Source of the DNA: Nostoc sp. PCC 7120 = FACHB-418
GTDB lineage: Bacteria > Cyanobacteriota > Cyanobacteriia > Cyanobacteriales > Nostocaceae
Direction of reading: 5' to 3'
Assembly: GCF_000009705.1 (NCBI RefSeq)
Contig: NC_003272.1
Location: 6,240,001-6,272,000, forward strand
DNA: 32,000 nt
Shown here: piece after piece, positions 8,552 to 18,042 of the stretch
Layout: the number at the start of each line of letters is the position of its first letter
How positions within the stretch are numbered: the stretch's first letter is position 1
Position numbers and translations under genes: made by a program
Notes under the pieces: model-generated
What the model was told of the DNA's origin: nothing
What the model saw: the letters and a program-made list of their open reading frames with translations, nothing else
Databases searched by the model: none

Positions 8552-9912
8552 TTTTACTTGTCGCTTTAGTAGGAGTAGTGGCTATTGTTAGTTTATCCTT
8601 TCTAAACTGGCGGCGTGCTGTTAAAACTGTATTGTTCGTTGTAGTTTTAGAAGGAGTTTTACGGAAATGGGTGCTACCTCAAGCAAGTGACATGATTTAC
8701 TTTCTTAAAGATTTAATCCTTCTGGGAGCATATCTGAGGTATTATCTAAGTCCTGAACCAAAATATCCTTTGAAACTAACTTTTTTCAATATTGCTTTAT
8801 TAATGTCATTAGGCTGGTGTATATTCCAAGTCGTAAACCCTAACTTAGGCTCACTTATAGTTGGAATCTTTGGTTTAAAAGCCTACTTGTTTTATGTTCC
8901 TTTGATGTGGATGCTACCTAGTCTCTTTGATTCAGAGGAAGAATTATATAAATTTTTACGCGCTTATTTACTATTACTAATTCCAGTTTCTATTTTAGCT
9001 ATCGCACAATTCTACAGTCCTGCCAGTAGCCCTATAAATGTATACGGTGGTGGTGTCGAAGCTAACGCTGTTGTTGATGGAAACCCCAGAGTAACAGGTA
9101 CATTTCCCTATATTGCTGGCTATTCTACTTATCTATCTATTTGTTGGACTATACTGATTCCGCTTATGTCCCTACCACACAAAAAAATTTGGAGTTTTTT
9201 GACATTGGTAGAAATCTTATTAATTGTTGGTACTTCTTTTATGACAGGTGCGCGGGGTTTGCTTTTATTTGAAATACTGTTTACATTGGGATACTTCTGC
9301 CTCCTTTGGTTGACAAAACCTTCTAAAGCTTTTAATGCTACTAAACAGTTTGTTGTCCCTATACTTTTGATATCAACGGTAGTACCTCTATTTTTCGACA
9401 AAGCAATACAAGCGTTTTCCAAGCGTGCAACAACTGCTTCTGATTCATCAACATTTGTTGATCGTGTCTTCTCTTCTTTTACAGCTCCTCAGCAAGCGAT
9501 GCAACACAAAGGATTTGATAGTTATGGCATTGGAGCAACTCATCAGGCTATCTCTACTTTACGTAAAACTTTAAAGCTACCTCTTGGTGAATCTCCTCCA
9601 CCATCTGAAGGAGAAATGGGACGAATAGTTCTTGAAATAGGGCCAATTGGATTTATCATTTGGTACGGACTACGTTTAATTTTGATTTTTTCTCTATTAG
9701 GAGTATTTTTAAAGTTGAAGACTCCCTTCCTACGTAACTTGGCTCTTGCTGCTTTCTTGTTACACGCTATTAATTTAACCAATCAGTTAGTCTTTAACAA
9801 CACGTTAGGAATTTACTATTGGTTTTTCAGTGGATTTATATTCCTACTTCCAGAGTTGGAATACAGGCAGTCTTTATCATATAGACATCAGGTACAACAA
9901 CACTATGTCTGA
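8548..9912 (+). CDS. O-antigen polymerase/ligase-like (Wzy-type) polytopic membrane protein
   Basis: 454 aa with about 10-12 predicted hydrophobic helices and one larger loop. The start overlaps the upstream stop (ATGA). It is embedded among glycosyltransferases. No diagnostic motif was recognised. Confidence 0.55.
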   Translation: MILLVALVGVVAIVSLSFLNWRRAVKTVLFVVVLEGVLRKWVLPQASDMIYFLKDLILLGAYLRYYLSPEPKYPLKLTFFNIALLMSLGWCIFQVVNPNLGSLIVGIFGLKAYLFYVPLMWMLPSLFDSEEELYKFLRAYLLLLIPVSILAIAQFYSPASSPINVYGGGVEANAVVDGNPRVTGTFPYIAGYSTYLSICWTILIPLMSLPHKKIWSFLTLVEILLIVGTSFMTGARGLLLFEILFTLGYFCLLWLTKPSKAFNATKQFVVPILLISTVVPLFFDKAIQAFSKRATTASDSSTFVDRVFSSFTAPQQAMQHKGFDSYGIGATHQAISTLRKTLKLPLGESPPPSEGEMGRIVLEIGPIGFIIWYGLRLILIFSLLGVFLKLKTPFLRNLALAAFLLHAINLTNQLVFNNTLGIYYWFFSGFIFLLPELEYRQSLSYRHQVQQHYV

Positions 9913-11158
9913 ACCTAGCGTTTCTTTGGTACATCAAATTAACCCTAGCAATGCTCAACAAGCTTCTTTGGCATTAGCAGAGACCAATTTATTAAAAGAG
10001 GTAATTAGTACTTTTGTTTACAATCCAAAAACAAGTGTATGGTGTTATTTGAATTGGTTGCCTAAAAAATTAAGGTCTTTAATTACTGTTGAATTAAGTA
10101 GAAGAAGTTGGATTTCTGATAATAGATTAAGAATTAAAACTTATCCCTGGCGAGAAATAATACGAATACTTTTATCCCGAAATAAACTAGTAAAAACTCT
10201 ATTTTTTAGAGATGTAGATTTAGTTAGCTGGGTCGATATATTTTTAGATGATAAAGTCGCTAAGTACCATCTTCAAGGGATAAATGCCATATACAGCTAT
10301 GAGGATATGGCTGCAACTACATTTAAGAAGGCTAAAGAAAAAGGAATTATTTGTTTATATGACTTGCCTATTCCCTATTATAGGATGACTGGTAATATCA
10401 TGCGTCAAGAAGCTGAACTCTTCCCAGAGTTAGCTCCAGTAATTCAGACTATTCGTGAACCTATCTGGAAGCTTCACCGTAAGGAGCAGGAAATTCAACT
10501 GGCAGATCATATTTTTGTAGCTTCTTCTGTAACAAAACAATCATTGCTAGATATTGGTGTCAAAGCTGAAAAAATTAGTGTCATTCCCTACGGTGCTCCA
10601 GTAGAGTATTTTCAGCCTCAAGCAAAGACGGATGATTGCTTCCGCGCTTTATTTGTAGGTCGCGTTTCTCCTCGTAAAGGTGTTCATTACTTGCTACAAG
10701 CTTGGCAAAACTTAAAACTACAGGATGCCGAATTAGTCATAGTGGGACAAAATCTTTTTCCTCCCGGTTGGTTAGAACAGTATAAATATATTTGCCGTCA
10801 TGTTCCGTCAGTTCCCCATTTACTTCTGAACCAGTATTACGGCAGTGCTAGCGTTTTAGTATTTCCTTCTTTAATTGAAGGGTTTGGACTAGTTCTATTA
10901 GAAGCCATGTCTTGTGGAATTCCTGTAATTACAACTTATAATACAGCAGGCCCTGATATTATTACTGATGGAGTAGATGGGTTCATTATTCCCATTCGAG
11001 ATGTAGAAGCACTCAAAGAAAAACTGCAATGGTGTTATTCACATCCCAAAGAATTAGCAGACATGGGAAGAGCCGCCCGACGCAAAGCTGAAGAATTAAA
11101 CTGGGGTTTATATCGACAACGTTTAGCAAACAAAGTGCTATCGCTACTGACAGCGTAA
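9905..11158 (+). CDS. GT4-family glycosyltransferase
   Basis: Carries FVGRVSPRKG and FPSLIEGFGLVLLEAMSCGIPVI (E-x7-E). I prefer the ATG at 9905 (MSEPSV...), which overlaps the upstream stop by 8 nt, over the tracked start at 9830 inside the previous gene. Confidence 0.8.
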   Translation: MSEPSVSLVHQINPSNAQQASLALAETNLLKEVISTFVYNPKTSVWCYLNWLPKKLRSLITVELSRRSWISDNRLRIKTYPWREIIRILLSRNKLVKTLFFRDVDLVSWVDIFLDDKVAKYHLQGINAIYSYEDMAATTFKKAKEKGIICLYDLPIPYYRMTGNIMRQEAELFPELAPVIQTIREPIWKLHRKEQEIQLADHIFVASSVTKQSLLDIGVKAEKISVIPYGAPVEYFQPQAKTDDCFRALFVGRVSPRKGVHYLLQAWQNLKLQDAELVIVGQNLFPPGWLEQYKYICRHVPSVPHLLLNQYYGSASVLVFPSLIEGFGLVLLEAMSCGIPVITTYNTAGPDIITDGVDGFIIPIRDVEALKEKLQWCYSHPKELADMGRAARRKAEELNWGLYRQRLANKVLSLLTA

Positions 11159-11166
11159 GTTTTAAT

Positions 11167-12315
11167 ATGCCCAAAACTAAATTTCATCTTTGGTTTCCCA
11201 ATATCTTTGAATTTAAAGGTGGAATCCAAACCTATTCTGCATTTTTACTACAAGCCATACAAAATATTTATCCTGATGCTAACTACGGAGTGTTTCTTAT
11301 GCACGATCGCAGATCATCAGCTAATTTTACTAACAAAAACATTACCCAGTTCCATTGTGCTGGGATTGTGCCATTAGTACTAAGAACGCCTTTATTTGCT
11401 ACCCAGTTAATGGCATGGGGAGTCACTCAACGTCCTAATTTAGTGATTGCTAGTCACCTTAACTTCACTGTGATTGCCAACAAGCTCAATCGCTTTGCAG
11501 GAATACCATACTGGACTATCGCTCATGGAGTAGAAGCTTGGGATTTAAAAAACGCTGAAGTGAAAAAATCTCTACATCATGCCGACCAAATTTTAGCAGT
11601 CAGTCACTATACACGCGATCGCATAATTGAAAAACATCGTCTCAATCCTGATAAAGTTTCTATCTTACCTAATACATTTGCATCTAGTCGCTTTAAACCA
11701 GCACCAAAACCTAACTATTTACTGAGAAAATATCAACTAAAGCCAGAACAACAAATTATCTTAACTGTGGCCAGACTAGCTGAAGCTCAACGCTACAAAG
11801 GATATGATCAAATTCTGCAAGCATTACCGCATATACGTCAATTAATCCCTAATGTTCACTATGTCATTGTTGGCAAGGGAAATGATAAACATAGAATTGA
11901 GAGTATGATTGTACAACAAGGGCTACAAAATTGTGTTACTTTAGCTGGATTTGTTCCTGATGAGCAACTTTGCGATTATTACAATCTTTGTGATGTATTT
12001 GCAATGCCTAGTAAAAGGGAAGGGTTTGGTATTGTCTATTTAGAAGCGTTAGCTTGTGGTAAACCCGTGTTAGGAGGCAACCAGGATGGAGCTAATGATG
12101 CCCTTTGTCATGGTGAATTAGGCGCACTCGTTGACCCTGATAATGTAGAGGAAATTGCTCTAACTCTAATTCAAATTTTACAGGGTATATATCCTAATCA
12201 ATTAATGTATCAACCAGATGCCCTGCGTCAAAAAGTAATCGATTATTTTGGTTTTGAGCGTTTTCAGGCTACGCTAGCTAAATATTTGGATAAACGACTG
12301 CAATCAATCAAATAG
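11167..12315 (+). CDS. GT4-family glycosyltransferase
   Basis: Carries LTVARLAEAQRYKGYD and MPSKREGFGIVYLEALACGKPVL (E-x7-E). Confidence 0.85.
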   Translation: MPKTKFHLWFPNIFEFKGGIQTYSAFLLQAIQNIYPDANYGVFLMHDRRSSANFTNKNITQFHCAGIVPLVLRTPLFATQLMAWGVTQRPNLVIASHLNFTVIANKLNRFAGIPYWTIAHGVEAWDLKNAEVKKSLHHADQILAVSHYTRDRIIEKHRLNPDKVSILPNTFASSRFKPAPKPNYLLRKYQLKPEQQIILTVARLAEAQRYKGYDQILQALPHIRQLIPNVHYVIVGKGNDKHRIESMIVQQGLQNCVTLAGFVPDEQLCDYYNLCDVFAMPSKREGFGIVYLEALACGKPVLGGNQDGANDALCHGELGALVDPDNVEEIALTLIQILQGIYPNQLMYQPDALRQKVIDYFGFERFQATLAKYLDKRLQSIK

Positions 12316-12416
12316 TCCGTACGATAAATTTTATCAAATATTTATCAGACATCAATAAGCTGATATCTTTATCTTAATTAGTTATTACTAACATACGCAT
12401 AGTAAATACTTACAAT

Positions 12417-13586
12417 ATGAATGTCCTCCATGTGATTCCCTCTATTGCGCCAATTAGAGGTGGGCCGAGTCAGGCAGTTCTAGAGATGGTAAAAGCCTTA
12501 AGAGATGCAAATATTGAGGCTGAAATCGCCACAACTAACGATAATGGTAAAGAACTTTTGAACGTTCCTTTGGGTCAATACACCCACTATCAAGAAGTTC
12601 CAGTATGGTTCTTTCCTCGTTTTTCTCCTGCTATCAACTCACTGAGAGAGTTTGCCTTTTCTAAAGAGTTAACTATTTGGTTGTGGAAGAATATTCATAA
12701 CTATGACCTATTGCATATCCACGCTATCTTTTCTTATGCTTCTACAGCAGCAATGGCGATCGCTCGGCTGAGAAAAATTCCTTACATCGTTCGCCCTTTG
12801 GGACAACTCTGTGAATGGTCATTACAGCAAAGCGCCATTAAAAAGCAAATCTATCTGCAACTAATAGAAAAATCTAATCTTAACAATAGTAAATATATTC
12901 ATTTCACATCCGAGCAAGAACAGCAAGAAACTTCTTTATTAAACCTTACTTCCCCAAGCTTTATCCTGCCTCATGGTCTTTCTATTACAAATATTATTCC
13001 TGATGCTCGTCAGCGTTTGCGACAACACTTTAATTTACCAGAAGACGAACCAATAATTTTATTTTTATCTCGTCTACATCCTAAAAAAGGTCTAGATTAT
13101 CTGATTCCAGCTTTAGAAAAAATATCTAATTATCGCTTTACTTTTGTATTAGCAGGTAGTGGTTCTCCAGACTACGAGACTGAAGTTAAATCACTTCTAG
13201 TATCTCATAGCATTCAAAACCGCACTTGTTTTACAGGATTTGTTAAAGGAGAAATTAAAGATATATTACTACAAGGAGCAGACTTATTTGCCCTCACTTC
13301 TCACTCGGAAAACTTTGGAGTAGCCGTATTAGAAGCTTTATCTGCTGGTGTTCCTGTTTTAGTTACGCCTGGTGTTGCTTTAGCTAATTTGGTAACACAG
13401 CAAAATCTTGGTTATGTTACCGAGTTGGATGTTAATTATATCGCTGCTTCCATACAACAGGCTCTAGATTATCCCCAGAAAGCAAAAGAAATGGGCGATC
13501 GCGCTCGTCAACTAATATGTGAGAAATACACATGGGATAAAGTTGCTGGACAATTGCAAGAAGTTTATAAAAATATTCTTCCATGA
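12417..13586 (+). CDS. GT4-family glycosyltransferase
   Basis: Carries MNVLHVIPSIAPIRGGPSQAV, LFLSRLHPKKG and TSHSENFGVAVLEALSAGVPVL (E-x7-E). Confidence 0.85.
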   Translation: MNVLHVIPSIAPIRGGPSQAVLEMVKALRDANIEAEIATTNDNGKELLNVPLGQYTHYQEVPVWFFPRFSPAINSLREFAFSKELTIWLWKNIHNYDLLHIHAIFSYASTAAMAIARLRKIPYIVRPLGQLCEWSLQQSAIKKQIYLQLIEKSNLNNSKYIHFTSEQEQQETSLLNLTSPSFILPHGLSITNIIPDARQRLRQHFNLPEDEPIILFLSRLHPKKGLDYLIPALEKISNYRFTFVLAGSGSPDYETEVKSLLVSHSIQNRTCFTGFVKGEIKDILLQGADLFALTSHSENFGVAVLEALSAGVPVLVTPGVALANLVTQQNLGYVTELDVNYIAASIQQALDYPQKAKEMGDRARQLICEKYTWDKVAGQLQEVYKNILP

Positions 13587-13629
13587 AAACCTATAACTAT
13601 TGACTTGCTCCTGAAATATTGACTATTTT

Positions 13630-14397
13630 ATGTTAAAATACATCACTCCTGTAATTCTTACTTATAATGAAGCACCAAATATTGAGCGTACTCTACAGCA
13701 ACTCAGTTGGGCGATCAAAATCATAGTTATTGATAGCTATAGTACTGATAAAACTTTAGAAATTCTCCATTCCTATCCACAGGTTCATCTATTGCAAAGA
13801 GAATTTGATACCCATACTAGACAGTGGAATTATGGCTTAGAGCAAGTTGAATCACCGTGGGTACTTTCTCTAGATGCGGACTATGTACTCACTAATGAGT
13901 TAATTTCAGAAATTTCTGCTTTGCTAGTTGATGGACAGATTGATGGTTATTTCGCCAAATTTAAGTATTGTGTGTTTGGTAAACCGATGCTTAGTACTAT
14001 ACTTCCACCCCGTCAGGTTCTTTTTCGTAAAACTAATGCTACTTATGTTGATGATGGACACACACAACTTCTGCAACTGAAAGGTAATTCTGCAAACTTG
14101 TCTGCCTATATTCATCATGACGATCGCAAACCCTTGAGTCGTTGGCTGTGGGCGCAGGATCGCTATACATTGTTAGAAGTAAAGAAATTGCAAGAAACTC
14201 CTGCAACTGAACTTAGTTTAGGCGATCGCATCCGTAAACAAAAAGTGCTCGCCCCATTCGTTATCTTATTTTATTGTCTGATTCTCAAGGGCGGAGTTCT
14301 GGACGGTTGGCATGGTTGGTATTATGCTTTTCAACGCCTTCTAGCAGAAATACTCTTGAGCATTCGACTCATAGAAGCTGAAAAATTTAAAAGTTAA
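13630..14397 (+). CDS. GT2-family glycosyltransferase
   Basis: Carries ITPVILTYNEAPNIERTL (GT2 start), IIVIDSYSTDKT and LSLDADY (DxD). Confidence 0.8.
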   Translation: MLKYITPVILTYNEAPNIERTLQQLSWAIKIIVIDSYSTDKTLEILHSYPQVHLLQREFDTHTRQWNYGLEQVESPWVLSLDADYVLTNELISEISALLVDGQIDGYFAKFKYCVFGKPMLSTILPPRQVLFRKTNATYVDDGHTQLLQLKGNSANLSAYIHHDDRKPLSRWLWAQDRYTLLEVKKLQETPATELSLGDRIRKQKVLAPFVILFYCLILKGGVLDGWHGWYYAFQRLLAEILLSIRLIEAEKFKS

Positions 14398-14429
14398 ATA
14401 TATTGAAAAATTTAAAAGTTAAATATATT
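14380..14429. repeat. perfect 25-bp tandem duplication spanning the stop codon of the GT2 gene
   Basis: GAAAAATTTAAAAGTTAAATATATT occurs at 14380-14404 and again at 14405-14429. The first copy encodes the last residues EKFKS plus the stop. Confidence 0.9.
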
Positions 14430-14456
14430 ATTAACTTACGCTTACTTTTGAAAAGT

Positions 14457-15398
14457 TTAAAGCTGGGCAACACACATTAAAGACAATGCTGCCTCTGGTA
14501 ACTCAGGATTGATTCCCGACAATATCTGGGCCAGACGACACTTCCAACTGGATTGCCCATAATTACCCTTTAGTACCTCTGCTCCTACTGTATGATTGTG
14601 AGGATAAAGTTTAACTTTAAACCCTAATGGTTTTAGTACTTTATAGTATAGTTCTGGCGTTACCCCATCACCTGGTTTATGATGAACCTCCGTTGCTAAA
14701 CCCCAAAGCTGTTCTTCCTTTGTAGAGTGTCCACCCCTTTTTATTTGTCGATACAGAGATAGACGCACATTCCAAAGCATAAAACCTAAACCTCGAAATT
14801 GATATGCAGTAAGTTGGGGGTCGTGATCAGTAATCAAAAATCCGCCAGGACGAACTAGCCTAGCGGCTTCTCTCAATGTTTTCTCCATATCATCACAATG
14901 ATGTAAACAGGCATTAGCTATAACAATGTCTGCAAAACCTGAAATCAATGGCAGATTTTGGGCATCTGCTAATATAGGGGTGTAACCAAGGTGCTGAGAC
15001 ATTTTTAGTGCTTCATAGGATACATCTACGCCAATTAATAGCTGAGGTTCACCACAAATTTCTTTTAATGACGCATATACATTACCAGGGCCACAACCAA
15101 TATCTACAACAATTTTGTCATGCCAACTACCAATGACTGCTCGCCACAAGTCTATAAATTTTTCATCTCTATGACAGGCTGCGAAATAACTTTTTCCCCA
15201 TTCTGGATGACCAAAGTAATAACTGTTTGCTTGAATAGCTGGGGTCAAATTTAATTTTTTACAAACCAAAATACCTTGGTCACTTGTATCAAAACAATTT
15301 TCTGAAACTAAATATTTTTTCAAAACCATTTGAATATTAAAAATATGGTTAGTATCTACAAAATCTTTACCGGGGCAAACGCAACATTTTTGTAACAA
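14457..15398 (-). CDS. class I SAM-dependent methyltransferase with an N-terminal Cys cluster
   Basis: Carries VVDIGCGPGNVY (motif I), ADIVIANACLHHCDD and VRPGGFLITDHDP. The tracked start is TTG (15398) and the next in-frame ATG is at 15329. N-terminal CCVCPG motif. Confidence 0.7.
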   Translation of the reverse strand: MLQKCCVCPGKDFVDTNHIFNIQMVLKKYLVSENCFDTSDQGILVCKKLNLTPAIQANSYYFGHPEWGKSYFAACHRDEKFIDLWRAVIGSWHDKIVVDIGCGPGNVYASLKEICGEPQLLIGVDVSYEALKMSQHLGYTPILADAQNLPLISGFADIVIANACLHHCDDMEKTLREAARLVRPGGFLITDHDPQLTAYQFRGLGFMLWNVRLSLYRQIKRGGHSTKEEQLWGLATEVHHKPGDGVTPELYYKVLKPLGFKVKLYPHNHTVGAEVLKGNYGQSSWKCRLAQILSGINPELPEAALSLMCVAQL

Positions 15399-15428
15399 AC
15401 GTAAGGATTTTATAACGGAATAAGAATA

Positions 15429-16262
15429 ATGTCAAATAACTTATCAAGAGTTAATAAAACAAGGCACGACTACGCACAACAAATTTATAACAAATTAGAT
15501 CAAAATCAAGATGATCTGAGAAGAGAACTTTTCAATAACAACTCATTACATAGTTGTTATATAGATGATTTGTTAGATGAAAAGGATGCCAAAGAAATAT
15601 ATGAAGCATTTCCACCAAAAGAAAAGTTATTACTGTTGAAAGACTTACGAGAATATAAGTATGTGGGAATGCAAATGAATAATTTCCATCCAATACTTGA
15701 AGAAATTATCTATGCTTTTCAAGATTCCCAAGTAGTAGAAATTATATCTAAGATCACTGGATTTGAGCAGTTATTGCCAGATGAATACCTTTATGCTGGA
15801 GGAATTAGCTTAATGGATTATGGCTGCTTTCTCAATCCGCATCTTGATAATTCACATGATAAAGACAGAAAAAACTATCGTGTAATGAATTTATTGTATT
15901 ATGTTACGCCTGATTGGAAAGAAGAATATGGTGGAAATCTGGAATTATGGAATAATGGCTTAAAGCAAAGCAATAAAACTATTCACAGTAAATTTAATCG
16001 GTTGGTGATTATGATCACTAACAAAAAATCCTGGCACTCGGTTAGTAAAGTTGATTATCAAGGTCGGCGTTGCTGCGTTTCTAACTATTATTTCTCGCCC
16101 AAGCCTGCTGAAGAACATGATTATTTTCACGTTACTTCTTTTAGAGGACGACCAGAACAAAAGTTGAGAGATATTTTATTACAAGGAGATGCAGCCTTAC
16201 GCAATGGAATTCGTAAAATTATCAAACATGGAATTAGAAATTCCTCATTTTATAAAAAATAA
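15429..16262 (+). CDS. 2OG-Fe(II) oxygenase superfamily protein
   Basis: Carries FLNPHLDNSHD (H-x-D), GGNLELW and KKSWHSVSKV (distal His), spaced as in prolyl-hydroxylase-like 2OG oxygenases. Confidence 0.65.
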   Translation: MSNNLSRVNKTRHDYAQQIYNKLDQNQDDLRRELFNNNSLHSCYIDDLLDEKDAKEIYEAFPPKEKLLLLKDLREYKYVGMQMNNFHPILEEIIYAFQDSQVVEIISKITGFEQLLPDEYLYAGGISLMDYGCFLNPHLDNSHDKDRKNYRVMNLLYYVTPDWKEEYGGNLELWNNGLKQSNKTIHSKFNRLVIMITNKKSWHSVSKVDYQGRRCCVSNYYFSPKPAEEHDYFHVTSFRGRPEQKLRDILLQGDAALRNGIRKIIKHGIRNSSFYKK

Positions 16263-16416
16263 TTTTAAAATTTTGTTTTAAAATTTTGGCTATTTCGTAA
16301 ATGTGATTCTTAAGTTTAAACTCAAGTTAAATAGGATTAAAACCGAGCGGATGGGCGAAAATTTATTGTTCATGGACTGAACAATAAGTCTCTTTGAAAA
16401 GTAGATAATAGTACAT

Positions 16417-16995
16417 ATGAAGCAATATAAAAAAGTGAAATATTATTGTCTTCGTAAAAGCAAGAAAAATATGATTTTAGCTTTAACAGCGTTATTTGCT
16501 GTAATGCTAATGAGTGTTCCCACAAAACTAGCGATCGCCTACTATCAAACTCCCACTCCACAAGCTATCCTAACACTTGGCGGTGACGAAAATCGAGAAA
16601 AGTTCACTGCCCTATTTGCCCAATTTTATCCAGATTTAAAAATTTGGATTTCTTCCGGTATAAGTTATATCAAAGCACGGGCAATCTTCCAGAATGCAGG
16701 TATCCCTAATAGTCGCCTTCACTTTGATTACCGGGCTACAGACACTGTAACTAACTTTACTACTCTAGTCGGGGATTTTCAAAAACAGCACATACAACAC
16801 TTATTCCTAATCACTTCAGAATCTCATATGCCCAGAGCTAAGGCGATCGCCATTTTGGTTCTTGGTAGTCGAGGTATTGCTTTTACTCCCGTTTCTGTAC
16901 CCTCTAAGGCAACTCAACCAGAATCTATGTTTCCCATTCTTCGAGATATTTTTCGCTCGCTTCTCTGGATTGTTACAGGTTATACAGGAGCATAA
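16417..16995 (+). CDS. YdcF/ElyC-family DUF218 protein with an N-terminal membrane anchor
   Basis: Carries AILTLGGDENRE and LFLITSESHMPRAKAI, typical DUF218 blocks. Hydrophobic N-terminal segment MILALTALFAVMLM. Confidence 0.65.
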   Translation: MKQYKKVKYYCLRKSKKNMILALTALFAVMLMSVPTKLAIAYYQTPTPQAILTLGGDENREKFTALFAQFYPDLKIWISSGISYIKARAIFQNAGIPNSRLHFDYRATDTVTNFTTLVGDFQKQHIQHLFLITSESHMPRAKAIAILVLGSRGIAFTPVSVPSKATQPESMFPILRDIFRSLLWIVTGYTGA

Positions 16996-17138
16996 TTGTA
17001 AGTATTATTACTTGCCTACCATATATGATTAGCTGGTGCAAAGTTTGATATACGATTTTTGTATGCGATATCCTATGATGAAACTGAGGCAATTGTGTGC
17101 TGGAATCTACTTAGGTTTTTTAGCTATTCTAGAAATGT

Positions 17139-17160
17139 TAAACCCGCGCAAGCGGGTTTA
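17139..17160. terminator. GC-rich hairpin between convergent genes (possible bidirectional terminator or small dispersed repeat)
   Basis: TAAACCCGC-GCAA-GCGGGTTTA forms a 9-bp perfect stem with a GCAA loop, followed by GTTTGTATG. It lies between the 16995 (+) and 17218 (-) gene ends. Confidence 0.35.
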
Positions 17161-17217
17161 GTTTGTATGTCTGCAAATTTTCATTACCTAACTGGAGATA
17201 TCAGCAGCCATCAAAAG

Positions 17218-18000
17218 CTATACTACTTTTTTTCTTGCCCAGCGTGTTTCTTTCCAAATAGTAAAAAACAAAGCCGCAGATATTAAGGCTCCTAAATTCC
17301 ATTTCACAGAATTTTTAAATAAATTTAGAGTTACTGACGACTGATTTGTTTCCTTCTGTGTTTTAAGTTGTTGCTTGGCTTGAGTTAGTTCTGAAAGAAT
17401 TTGATTCTTTACATCTTCAGGATTTCTACCATTTAATGAGCCACCTTGACGCTTGATTAAACTATCAATCTCTGTTGGTGAAGTTTGGCTCAACTGCTTT
17501 TCAGCCTGATTAGCTTGAGATAGTCTTTGCTCATAGCCAGCCCTAATTTGCTCTAAGTTGGTATTATACAAACGTACTGTATTAACTACTCCTAAAGGAA
17601 TCAGTAGCAAGTATAATAAAGCCACTAATAGGGTTAAATGAGATAAGAAACTTAATATACGTGGTTCCCATTTGGCTCGTTTTGTTAATTTACCCGAAAA
17701 TACGAATAACATTGCAATCAATGGGACACCTACTTGGTTTACCAATCTTCCCATCGTTTGAAATTCCCAAGTGGGATTCATGACGCTTGGTGGCACAAAA
17801 ATTTCAATAGTGTCTAGCAAGGCCAACACCAACATTCCATAACCAAGTAATCGCCAAAGATTAATTATCTCTATTAGAGGCTGTATAGTCCCTACTAATT
17901 TACTTAATTTGGTGAATTCTAGTTCAACAAATTCACGGATATCTTTTTCTTGGTTGTCAGTTTCGCGGATATTAGGTTCACGAATCTCAGTTTCAGCCAT
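17218..18000 (-). CDS. membrane protein, HpsJ-like (four central TM helices, Gln-rich coiled-coil, C-terminal TM)
   Basis: Last gene of the exosortase operon, 42 nt after the upstream stop. The N-terminus has three IRE repeats. The topology and the QANQAEKQLSQ...QAKQQLKTQKETNQ region match what I recall of HpsJ-family proteins next to cyanoexosortase A. The name is unverified. Confidence 0.45.
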   Translation of the reverse strand: MAETEIREPNIRETDNQEKDIREFVELEFTKLSKLVGTIQPLIEIINLWRLLGYGMLVLALLDTIEIFVPPSVMNPTWEFQTMGRLVNQVGVPLIAMLFVFSGKLTKRAKWEPRILSFLSHLTLLVALLYLLLIPLGVVNTVRLYNTNLEQIRAGYEQRLSQANQAEKQLSQTSPTEIDSLIKRQGGSLNGRNPEDVKNQILSELTQAKQQLKTQKETNQSSVTLNLFKNSVKWNLGALISAALFFTIWKETRWARKKVV

Positions 18001-18042
18001 AAGTTTAGTTAAAGGTAATTACAAAAAATCTGGGGTAAAAAT

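Noticed and set aside
17059-17286. 75-aa plus-strand ORF
   Set aside because: It covers the intergenic hairpin repeat and runs antisense into the 3' end of the HpsJ-like gene. It has no motifs.
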